From a virus (taxonomy: Duplodnaviria > Caudoviricetes): DNA of 26,170 bases. The DNA is taken from positions 1 to 26,170 of IMG/VR virus record IMGVR_UViG_3300032212_000124; one strand, 5' to 3'. Under the pieces are notes generated by a model that was not told where the DNA came from, did not search any database, and saw only the letters and a list, made by a program, of their open reading frames with translations. This document shows positions 18,052 to 25,514 of the stretch, in pieces (position 1 is the first letter of the stretch; each line of letters starts with the position of its first letter). The translations under genes and the position numbers were made by a program.

Positions 18052-19259
18052 TGCCATATAACGGATCAGGAACATACTCATTACCAGTAACCACATTTTC
18101 GCCTGCGGTTGGTAATACAACAATAGACTCTGCTGCACAAAATACTTTAATAGCGGATATTAAATCGGCCTTAAGCTCGTGTATTGTGAAAGATGGACAA
18201 ACAACGATTACTGCTAATTTGCCTATGGCTACATTTAGACATACAGGGGTTGGCAATGCGAATGCGTTAACGACTTATGCTAGTGCTGATGATGTTATTG
18301 ATAACACGCTTTTGTATGCAGGCGCTAGTGCAGCGGGCACAGATACTTATGCGGTTAGTTTGCCGATTAACCCAGTTGCTTATAAGGCGGGGCAATTTTA
18401 TGCCTTTTTAACTGATGTAGCTAACACTGGTGCATGTACTGTTAATTTCAATGCTATCGGCGCTAAGTCTATTAAGTTAGCTAATGGCAATGATCCTGAA
18501 ACGGGCGACATACAAATAGGCATGGTTATTGTTATGTATGACGGTACCAACATGCAGTTAATAAACCCTAGCAATGGTGGGCTTTCTGCTAGTCAGTTTT
18601 TACGAAGTGATTCAGCTGATACCGCAACAGGGTCGATTAATTTCACAGGTGGTATTTCAATTAATGGCGTAGCTATAACAGCAAGCGCAGCCGAATTAAA
18701 TGATCTGGCAGGAAATGCAGTTGATGCGGCAGACTTTACAAAGCTTGCATCTATAACAGGAACGGCGGCAAGAATAAATGAGTTAACAGGGTCAACAGTA
18801 ACCGCAACAGAGCTTAACAATTTGTCAGGCACTAATACAGGCGATCAAACCAACATAAGTGGTAATGCTGGGACTGCAACGAATTGGGCAAGCGCAAGCA
18901 CTATTACATTAACCGGCGATGTTACAGCGTCAGCTACTAATATTAATGGCACGACTAATGCTAGTTTATCCACATCACTTGCTGCTAATTCAGTGAAATC
19001 AAGTGAAATAGATTTCACTGTAGGAACATCGACATCGGCAACAGTAGGAGTAAGCGGCTGGGTTATTCCAGAAGGATTGTTTAATTTTACAAATACAGGT
19101 GTAAACTCTAATTCAACCTATTTAGAGATATTTGTATCTGCTGCATGGAGAAGGTCTAGCGCAATAGAAAACGGCGGTTGCGTCTGGTCTGATGGAACTA
19201 ATATGCGGTTGATAAACACGTCTGGAAATACAACTATTTATTATCAAGTCATTGCTTAA
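18051..19259 (+). CDS. Tail fibre / receptor-binding protein
   Basis: MPYNGSGTYSLP virion-anchor N-terminus, NTGACTVNFNAIGAKSI, FLRSD motif, repeats ITASAAELNDL / ITGTAARINEL / VTATELNNL, T/A/S/G-rich. Confidence 0.82.
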   Translation: MPYNGSGTYSLPVTTFSPAVGNTTIDSAAQNTLIADIKSALSSCIVKDGQTTITANLPMATFRHTGVGNANALTTYASADDVIDNTLLYAGASAAGTDTYAVSLPINPVAYKAGQFYAFLTDVANTGACTVNFNAIGAKSIKLANGNDPETGDIQIGMVIVMYDGTNMQLINPSNGGLSASQFLRSDSADTATGSINFTGGISINGVAITASAAELNDLAGNAVDAADFTKLASITGTAARINELTGSTVTATELNNLSGTNTGDQTNISGNAGTATNWASASTITLTGDVTASATNINGTTNASLSTSLAANSVKSSEIDFTVGTSTSATVGVSGWVIPEGLFNFTNTGVNSNSTYLEIFVSAAWRRSSAIENGGCVWSDGTNMRLINTSGNTTIYYQVIA

Positions 19260-19269
19260 AGGAACGATT

Positions 19270-19815
19270 ATGAAAAATATATTATTGCTGATTGCATTAT
19301 TTAATTCTTCTTTTGTGCTTGCAGAAGAATCCTATATTTCTATGTTTGTTGGTGATGTTGACAATGAGATTAATGACATTAATACAAGCTCACTTCCCGT
19401 AGGTATGTTAGCTAGCTACTCAGTTGGAAAAGAGGCATTAATTGGTGGTGAGATAAATTACTTTAATGGAAATGAAGGCGCTGCAATTAAATCAGGTGTA
19501 CGAATGGCTGATTTTGTATTTGATATTGGCGCAGGAGTTAAACAAAATTACGCAATAAATGAATTTGGCAACGACGTTTTCGGATTACCCGTAAGGAATT
19601 ATGATACGAGTTATTCAAGTACAAGATTTATCACGGTTACATATAAGCGTTTATTAGTAAGATACACAAAGACAGTAGCGGATTACTCATTTATTGCTGA
19701 AAAAGCAACCTCAATAAACCCAATTACTGGAAAAGCGAGTGGGTTTGATACTGTTAATAGGAATGTAAGATCAAAAGACTCATTTATATGGATAGGTGTA
19801 AGGATTCCATTTTGA
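19270..19815 (+). CDS. Exported protein, probable small outer-membrane beta-barrel
   Basis: Start revised to ATG 19270 (AAAGGA RBS). Signal peptide MKNILLLIALFNSSFVLA, amphipathic strands, C-terminal beta-signal-like FIWIGVRIPF ending in Phe. Confidence 0.7.
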   Translation: MKNILLLIALFNSSFVLAEESYISMFVGDVDNEINDINTSSLPVGMLASYSVGKEALIGGEINYFNGNEGAAIKSGVRMADFVFDIGAGVKQNYAINEFGNDVFGLPVRNYDTSYSSTRFITVTYKRLLVRYTKTVADYSFIAEKATSINPITGKASGFDTVNRNVRSKDSFIWIGVRIPF

Positions 19816-19892
19816 CATTTAACTGCAATCAATGTGGAGCATGTTGTAAAGTGCTACCTAAATCAGTTAGTAATAAATTAAATAATGTATAA
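19812..19892 (+). pseudogene. Truncated YkgJ/CxxCxxCC-family gene stump (26 aa)
   Basis: TTG overlaps the upstream TGA. Reads MTFNCNQCGACCKVLPKSVSNKLNNV*, the FxCxxCGxCC N-terminal signature without the remaining cysteines. Confidence 0.65.
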
Positions 19893-19901
19893 GGTGAAAT
19901 T

Positions 19902-20339
19902 ATGGCAATACATAATCCAGTAACAACACAATCAAAAGACTCAGTCAGTGGCAAATCAACTCCTGATATAAGCACTAACGGTGCAAAGCATACGTTAGAT
20001 GCGTTTAAGCCTTCGCAGGACTATATATCAGATTTAACAATGGATGGTACGGCGCAAGCGATTGCAATAGCTACAGGCGCGTCTAGAATAACGATATTTA
20101 ATCAGGGTGTTACTACTGAATCTATCCGGTACGCTTTTGGCACTAGTCAAGCAAATGCGGAGGCTAATTTGACAATAGCAGCCGCAGCCGCTACGACTGG
20201 GATTATTATTCAGCCTTATGCTGATTTTAGTGATCTATGCTATCAGCTTATTGGTATTCCATCTCTGGCAACTCATGTAGCTATTGCAAATAATGTTGCG
20301 AGCGACACGCAAGCGGTTCAAATAGTGCAAGGGGTATAA
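19902..20339 (+). CDS. Hypothetical beta-rich virion-associated protein, 145 aa
   Basis: AAGGTG RBS; A/T/S-rich; ends 2 nt upstream of the beta-helix gene. Confidence 0.65.
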   Translation: MAIHNPVTTQSKDSVSGKSTPDISTNGAKHTLDAFKPSQDYISDLTMDGTAQAIAIATGASRITIFNQGVTTESIRYAFGTSQANAEANLTIAAAAATTGIIIQPYADFSDLCYQLIGIPSLATHVAIANNVASDTQAVQIVQGV

Positions 20340-20341
20340 AG

Positions 20342-22138
20342 ATGGCTGTTTATCACTTTAAGTCAACAGGTACTAAAACCACAGGCGCTAGTACAGTGGA
20401 TGATTGGACAGATGCTAACTCGTACCCAATAGCACATGCTTCTAATGCTGATTTAGAGTCAATGTTTAAGTTCAATGGACTAGCTGATGGTGATGAGCTA
20501 ATCCTTGATGATGAAATACACGACATAGATCGACTCGTTGCTAATGGTATTACTACTGGTGTTACTGCTGAACTCACCATAAGAAGTAGATCAGGCGTTA
20601 GAGATAGTTGCACATTAAGATTTGATAGAACAACGCTTAATGCAATTAACTTTAATCCAGCGGCTACAGCTCTTTGGTCATATATCTTTAAGGATATGAC
20701 AATTACCCTAACTGGGGCGCATACAGCAGACGCTAACGCTGTTATGAATATGTCTGCTAACTTACAAGATTTGACATTTGATAATGTTTTATTCTCTAGT
20801 ATTGCGATCAATAAAGCCTCAAGCAATATCAACACATCAGCTTTAATCTCAGATGCAGCAGGAACACACACATTATCTTTCTTGAATAGTTGTAAGTTCG
20901 ATACAATAACAGGCTCTAACACTGCTCAATCAGCCTTGATTGTTTATGCGACATCTACTACTGATATAGTTTTCAGCGGTGATACAGTTGTTGATAACTG
21001 CTCATTCGATAATACAAATAGTGGCGGAACTCCAACACAAGGGCAAAACGCAGGCTATTTCTATATGGCTGGCAATGTAACTATTACGGGTACATTTACT
21101 GGCAGTAATAGTACGGCTTCTGCCGCCAATATTTTATCTCCTTGCAGACCTATATTGTACGCATTAGGTGGTGTTACTAAGTCGCTAACAGCGTGGAACT
21201 CAACTATTACATTCGATACATTAACTTGGACAGGTGAGAGCGCGAATGCAGGCGGCTTAATGATCGACTCAACCCCGTTTACATTAGGCGATTTCATCCA
21301 TACAAATATAAGCATTATTTGTACGTCAGAAGATGCTGCGGTTGATTCAGGTATAGGCTCAGGCTTATTGATTACTCGTACAGGCGCGGCAGGTACAATT
21401 AACTACATTTATGCAGAAAACAACAGATCATTATATGGCGCTGCTTGCTATTTCTCACAAGGTGGCGGTGCAACTATCAAGCGAATGATAGCTAAAAACT
21501 GCTCTGTGTTATCTGGCGTGTTTTATAATGGTGGTCATGGTGATAGCGTAATTGAATCTTATCTGTGTACTGGTACAACTGAATATGTCGGCAATGCAAG
21601 GACTGAATACAACTCAGAAGAGGGTGTTTGTTATCATTCGCATATAGCCCCAGAGGGCGGGATAACTACAGATGGCACAAGAGTTGTAAGTAACTATACG
21701 TTTAAGGATAATTATATTGGCGCGACTAATACAGATGCGCCAGAAATGTTATGTAAAAGCTCGCTTGATAACTTCACATTAACGCACACGGCAAACAATG
21801 GCGTACATGGTGAAGGTACTAATCAGCTTGAATTTGTAAGTACAGGAACCGCTACAGTATTAAATGTAACGATGAATAATTGCGCCTTTGAAACAGCGAA
21901 GGTTGTTGGTATTGGTGTACCTGATTCATACACATCAAATGATCAGCTAGACGAAACACTAACTACTAATGATGATGGGTCTATTCCTGATACATCGAAT
22001 GGCGCAGGATATGGCCTTGCTTTAGGTGGCGAGAGAGTTGACGTAAATGACGAGCCTTTCCCTAAATTCAATATAGATATAGGCGGGATACAAGGAGCAG
22101 GGCCAATAAGCCATCCATTCTTCCCCATTAACCTATGA
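20342..22138 (+). CDS. Right-handed parallel beta-helix protein (tailspike / depolymerase-like)
   Basis: 598 aa, T/S/N/G-rich, pectin-lyase-like rungs (LTFDNVLFSSI, VVDNCSFDN, VTMNNCAF), GDELILDD start of helix, C-terminal D..D.P....DIGG motif. Confidence 0.7.
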   Translation: MAVYHFKSTGTKTTGASTVDDWTDANSYPIAHASNADLESMFKFNGLADGDELILDDEIHDIDRLVANGITTGVTAELTIRSRSGVRDSCTLRFDRTTLNAINFNPAATALWSYIFKDMTITLTGAHTADANAVMNMSANLQDLTFDNVLFSSIAINKASSNINTSALISDAAGTHTLSFLNSCKFDTITGSNTAQSALIVYATSTTDIVFSGDTVVDNCSFDNTNSGGTPTQGQNAGYFYMAGNVTITGTFTGSNSTASAANILSPCRPILYALGGVTKSLTAWNSTITFDTLTWTGESANAGGLMIDSTPFTLGDFIHTNISIICTSEDAAVDSGIGSGLLITRTGAAGTINYIYAENNRSLYGAACYFSQGGGATIKRMIAKNCSVLSGVFYNGGHGDSVIESYLCTGTTEYVGNARTEYNSEEGVCYHSHIAPEGGITTDGTRVVSNYTFKDNYIGATNTDAPEMLCKSSLDNFTLTHTANNGVHGEGTNQLEFVSTGTATVLNVTMNNCAFETAKVVGIGVPDSYTSNDQLDETLTTNDDGSIPDTSNGAGYGLALGGERVDVNDEPFPKFNIDIGGIQGAGPISHPFFPINL

Positions 22139-22191
22139 AAACCCTGTCAATTCACAGAGTAACCACAAGCAACAAAGGCAATAATGTTTAA
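22135..22191 (+). pseudogene. 18-aa coupled stump resembling the N-terminus of a DUF5675-type putative endolysin
   Basis: ATGA overlap with the beta-helix stop; MKTLSIHRVTTSNKGNNV*; ends overlapping the endolysin ATG. The family resemblance is from memory over very few residues. Confidence 0.4.
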
Positions 22192-22570
22192 ACTTAGTAA
22201 TAACTCGATTTCTCGAATGAATGGTATTGATTCTAGGCTTATAGAGATAGCAGAACTTGCTATAAAAATAACAGTTATAGATTTTGGAATCCCTGCTGAT
22301 GGGGGTGTTCGCACAGCAGAAAGGCAGAAAGAGCTATTTATTGATAAAAAATCTAAGGCTGATGGATATGTTAAATTAAGCCAACACCAACTTAAAAAAG
22401 CTTTAGATGTTTTTGCTTATGTAAATGGTAAAGCAAGCTGGAATACTGAACATTTGGCAATGGTAGCCGCTTCATTCTTGCAGGCAGCTAGTATTTTGGG
22501 GTACCAATTAGAATGGGGAGGTCTTTGGAAAAACTTTAAGGATATGCCTCATTTTCAATTATTAGATTAA
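22184..22570 (+). CDS. Endolysin, peptidase M15 family (L-Ala-D-Glu peptidase-like)
   Basis: GGVRTAERQ, SQH, ALDV, WGGLW and DMPHFQL give Zn ligands H/D/H plus catalytic R and D. Confidence 0.93.
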   Translation: MFKLSNNSISRMNGIDSRLIEIAELAIKITVIDFGIPADGGVRTAERQKELFIDKKSKADGYVKLSQHQLKKALDVFAYVNGKASWNTEHLAMVAASFLQAASILGYQLEWGGLWKNFKDMPHFQLLD

Positions 22571-22590
22571 TTAACTGCGGAATATTAGCA

Positions 22591-22974
22591 ATGCACAGGA
22601 ACGTAGAAATGTCACCAGTACCAGACCCAGAACAAGTTGATACAGGTGTTAAATTCCTGTTTACAGTTGGGCAGCATTTAAAAGAATGGTCAATACCTAT
22701 AGCGATTGGACTGGCTGTTTTATTCTGGAAGCTGCTTAAATTCTTAGGGTTGGATTGGATCAATGCCGTTAAAGACTTAAAGGAAGATTCTAAGCATTAC
22801 GCTACTCAGGACGATATAATACAATGCGATAAGAATTTAGCTGAATGCCATAGATTAGTTGGTGATCAGATAGAACGTCATTTTGATATGGTTAGAGCTG
22901 ATATTAAGGATGTTCACGTACGCATAGACGATATAAACAAATCTATTATTAATAATAAGGATAATGGGGAATGA
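22591..22974 (+). CDS. Single-TM membrane protein with coiled coil, holin/antiholin candidate
   Basis: TM WSIPIAIGLAVLFWKLLKFLGL plus C-terminal coiled coil; follows the endolysin. ATG 22609 has the better RBS (AGGA at 22597-22600). Confidence 0.55.
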   Translation: MHRNVEMSPVPDPEQVDTGVKFLFTVGQHLKEWSIPIAIGLAVLFWKLLKFLGLDWINAVKDLKEDSKHYATQDDIIQCDKNLAECHRLVGDQIERHFDMVRADIKDVHVRIDDINKSIINNKDNGE

Positions 22975-23363
22975 GACATTTAATTTTAATCGCTTTACTA
23001 TTTACGTTTAACGTATATGCAATAAATATAAATATTAACGAACGTGAGAACATTGATCTCAAGTGGACTCATCCAACGACCTATACGGATGGCGACCCGT
23101 TGCCTATTGAGAATATATTATCCACAGTTATCGAAAGAAATTGCGGAGCAGGTTGGTTAGAGATTACAGACGTTGTAGCCCCTTTAAATATCTATTTTGA
23201 CCCTACAGCTTCAATAGGTGTCGCTGTATGTCAATATCGCTTTGCAAGTATTGCAATAGGCGCAGTTATTGGAAGCAAAAGCAAATCAGATTATTCCAAT
23301 ATTGTTGAGGTTAATTTATATATCCCAAAGCAACCAAGCCCGCCAATAGCAACGGCGGAATAA
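22971..23363 (+). CDS. Secreted fibronectin type III / Ig-like domain protein
   Basis: Signal peptide MRHLILIALLFTFNVYA; FN3-like LKWTHPT-YTDG-PL...YRFASIA...SDYSN; two Cys. Confidence 0.72.
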   Translation: MRHLILIALLFTFNVYAINININERENIDLKWTHPTTYTDGDPLPIENILSTVIERNCGAGWLEITDVVAPLNIYFDPTASIGVAVCQYRFASIAIGAVIGSKSKSDYSNIVEVNLYIPKQPSPPIATAE

Positions 23364-23464
23364 TTGAGTCTTTAATCGCTGCGTTACTCGCAGCAATTGC
23401 AGCATTTTGGAGAAAGTTAAAAAATGGCATACAACGGTATTATAAAAAAATCACGAACTTATGA
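23307..23464 (+). other. Putative programmed -1 ribosomal frameshift signal and 44-codon -1 frame extension
   Basis: GAGGT at 23307-23311; in-frame heptamer C CCA AAG at 23324-23330; CCGCC/GGCGG hairpin at 23340-23358; -1 frame open to TGA at 23462-23464, encoding a TM anchor. Confidence 0.55.
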
Positions 23465-23621
23465 TTATGCAGCTTTGTTAGCTGTAGGCGCTGTTATCCT
23501 CCAATCTTTGCCCATGCTACAAGATAAACTAGCTGGAAATTATGGCTATGTGTTTATGGGTGTTAGTGCAATAGTCGCTTATTTAAGGCACAAAACAACT
23601 GGATCAGTTGGTGTTAAATAA
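23424..23621 (+). CDS. Putative holin (two TM segments)
   Basis: 65 aa; GGAG RBS; KSRT...two hydrophobic helices...LRHKTT; immediately upstream of the spanin pair. Confidence 0.68.
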   Translation: MAYNGIIKKSRTYDYAALLAVGAVILQSLPMLQDKLAGNYGYVFMGVSAIVAYLRHKTTGSVGVK

Positions 23622-23832
23622 AATATTAGCAGGTATTAGTGCAATATTAGCGTTTGCTGTTCTATTCCTTAGAGGCTCACTAGCAAACGAAAAGGCTGAA
23701 CGCAAGCAAGAAGAGCTTAAACGTGCAAAATCATTGCAGAAGTCGTCTGACAACGCCAGTGAAGCACTTATCAGAGGATTAGATAATGAAAGCAAGCCTA
23801 TTAGTCGTGGCTATTATAATAAGCCTGAGTAG
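23608..23832 (+). CDS. Putative i-spanin (Rz-like)
   Basis: N-terminal TM followed by a charged coiled coil; overlaps a downstream lipoprotein gene. The start could be GTG 23611. Confidence 0.68.
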   Translation: MVLNKILAGISAILAFAVLFLRGSLANEKAERKQEELKRAKSLQKSSDNASEALIRGLDNESKPISRGYYNKPE

Positions 23833-24013
23833 CTGTACGACAATCGAATACTTGCCCATTAATTTATCAAATAAAGTTCCACCTCAATTAAGGACATATA
23901 CAGAAGCTGAATTGTCTTGTGTATCAGATGATACTTATAAACGAATTGTTTTAGGTGACAAGCGCATTGAAACGCTTAGAGATATATTATTATCTACTAA
24001 ACTATCCGATTAA
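23786..24013 (+). CDS. Putative o-spanin lipoprotein (Rz1-like)
   Basis: MK + hydrophobic stretch + lipobox LSSC; Pro-containing segment; second Cys; overlapped architecture with the i-spanin. Confidence 0.72.
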   Translation: MKASLLVVAIIISLSSCTTIEYLPINLSNKVPPQLRTYTEAELSCVSDDTYKRIVLGDKRIETLRDILLSTKLSD

Positions 24014-24109
24014 GCCGGCTATTGATATAACGGACTTTACAATTAAATAAGCCAGTCCCCACGAAATTATAATCATTATAATAAGTGGTAATCTTGATTT
24101 ATATTTCAT
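24002..24109 (-). CDS. Small membrane peptide, 35 aa (not in ORF track)
   Basis: MKYKSRLPLIIMIIISWGLAYLIVKSVISIAGLIG*; ATGA-coupled to 24106..24300 with GGAG upstream. Confidence 0.55.
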   Translation of the reverse strand: MKYKSRLPLIIMIIISWGLAYLIVKSVISIAGLIG

Positions 24110-24300
24110 TTTATCACTCCACATTTATCATTGCCTTTATAATAAGGATTTTGCGAATATCCACCAGTAATAGGCGTACAGACCACAAGTAAATGATATG
24201 TTGAATAATCAGTCAAATCATCCTCGCTACATCCCTTGGCTATATCACTACCCGCAAATATAAGCACAATAACAAGTGCTATTAATGATAATACTTTCAT
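24106..24300 (-). CDS. Small membrane/exported hypothetical protein, 64 aa
   Basis: AGGA RBS; N-terminal signal/TM; three Cys. Confidence 0.6.
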   Translation of the reverse strand: MKVLSLIALVIVLIFAGSDIAKGCSEDDLTDYSTYHLLVVCTPITGGYSQNPYYKGNDKCGVIK

Positions 24301-24312
24301 TTTGTGTTCCTA

Positions 24313-24385
24313 TGGTGGCCAGACTCAAACACACACCACATGCTACCCGTCAGCAATTATTAAACGGATTGTTCAAGTCTTAGCC
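24313..24385 (-). ncRNA. Candidate structured small RNA ending in ACCA
   Basis: 15-bp outer stem (24385-24370 with 24331-24317) and 7-bp inner stem (24369-24363 with 24351-24345). Five G-U pairs work only on the - strand. 3' ACCA. Confidence 0.55.
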
Positions 24386-24403
24386 ATAGTTAATTGATAT
24401 AGA

Positions 24404-24817
24404 TCAAAACCCAATATCATCGTCAAAATCATTTACAGGCGCAGGCTGATTAGCTGGCTGAGATTGTTGTGCTGGCTGCCCTGAACTACCGCATAACATC
24501 TGCATTTGATTAGCAATTATCTTAGTACAATATCGGTCGCTTCCGTCTTTTGCTTGGTATTTTTCTGTTGTGATTTTACCCTCAAGATAAACCTTAGAGC
24601 CTTTTTTAAGATACTCTCCTGCTATTTCTGCAAGTTTTCCGAATATACTAATGTTATGCCATTCACACTTCTCTTGTTTCTCGCCTGTTTGCTTATCCTT
24701 CCACGTTTCATTAGTTGCCACAGAGAAGTTTGTAACTGCTCCGCCTGATGGCATAAATCGAGTTTCTGGATCTTTTCCTAAAGTCCCAACGAGTATGCAT
24801 TTATTAATGCCATTCAT
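24404..24817 (-). CDS. ssb: Single-stranded DNA-binding protein
   Basis: [39 protein letters not shown] fold; acidic tip DFDDDIGF. Confidence 0.97.
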   Translation of the reverse strand: MNGINKCILVGTLGKDPETRFMPSGGAVTNFSVATNETWKDKQTGEKQEKCEWHNISIFGKLAEIAGEYLKKGSKVYLEGKITTEKYQAKDGSDRYCTKIIANQMQMLCGSSGQPAQQSQPANQPAPVNDFDDDIGF

Positions 24818-25512
24818 TATTTGTCTCCACTTAATAGATTTGCGTCAAAAAACTCTTCTTTCATTGTTAATAATTCTTTAATTATTGCTTTATAGCCTTT
24901 TTTACACCCTTCTGGTTTATCAGATCCAAACTTAGACCACACCGCTATCTGTTCATCAGGTGTAAGCCGCTTGTAACCGTCCTGTACGCGTTTAAAGTCC
25001 ATCACATCTACATCAGCGTCAACCACTTCTTTAAATGCGTTATACGCGCCCTCAACAACGGCCAAACGAATAGGCTCAGGACTGATTTTGGTATACTTTT
25101 CATTCATTGCTTGAACATATTTGTTGTCGTCAAACATGCCCATAAATACATCTGCATTGAATCCCATCCGAGATAGAGCTTTAGTAATCATGTCAGTTTC
25201 TAGTTTTTTGGCAAAATCATCATCAGTTTTGCCTTTATCTGATACATACATAATTGAGCTAGATACAATACACTCACCATCTGGCACAAAGAAATAGCCC
25301 ACGGCTAGTACCATTTTAGTGTCTGGTACAAAAGTATGAACAATGTCTCTTAGCCCCCACTTAACGCCATAGGCACCAAACTGTTCAGTGGCTTTTTTTA
25401 TCTGGCTATATGCATCAATAGCGGTAAACTGACGGCCAAATGATACTTTTTTTGTATCTGATGGATTTGTTTCTTGCACCGCATTCCATATCTTTAGGTT
25501 TTCTTCGCTCAT
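24817..25512 (-). CDS. ssDNA-annealing recombinase, Rad52/Sak-like
   Basis: [20 protein letters not shown] and [28 protein letters not shown] match the Rad52/22-like pattern; coupled to ssb. Confidence 0.78.
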   Translation of the reverse strand: MSEENLKIWNAVQETNPSDTKKVSFGRQFTAIDAYSQIKKATEQFGAYGVKWGLRDIVHTFVPDTKMVLAVGYFFVPDGECIVSSSIMYVSDKGKTDDDFAKKLETDMITKALSRMGFNADVFMGMFDDNKYVQAMNEKYTKISPEPIRLAVVEGAYNAFKEVVDADVDVMDFKRVQDGYKRLTPDEQIAVWSKFGSDKPEGCKKGYKAIIKELLTMKEEFFDANLLSGDK

Positions 25513-25514
25513 TT

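Noticed and set aside
19252-19269. ORF-track TTG start for the beta-barrel gene
   Set aside because: ATG 19270 has an RBS and places the signal peptide at the N-terminus.
19812-19845. Perfect TTGACA as a sigma70 -35 box
   Set aside because: No -10 hexamer at 16-18 nt spacing; better explained by the stop/start overlap.
18051-22138. Diversity-generating retroelement or invertible tail-fibre system
   Set aside because: No reverse transcriptase, invertase, TR/VR-like duplicated segment or inversion repeats seen in the window.
13975-22763. Alternative-frame ORFs 13975..14220, 15190..15456, 16536..16826, 17775..17975, 18008..18256, 18593..18832, 20353..20922, 21061..21315, 21943..22128, 22536..22763
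   Set aside because: Shadow frames of genuine genes; the long antisense frames are explained by codon bias in T/A/S-rich proteins.
24313-24385. Canonical tRNA gene
   Set aside because: It has a GTTTGAGTC...ACCA end but no D arm, anticodon arm or T-arm/acceptor geometry; kept as an ncRNA candidate instead.
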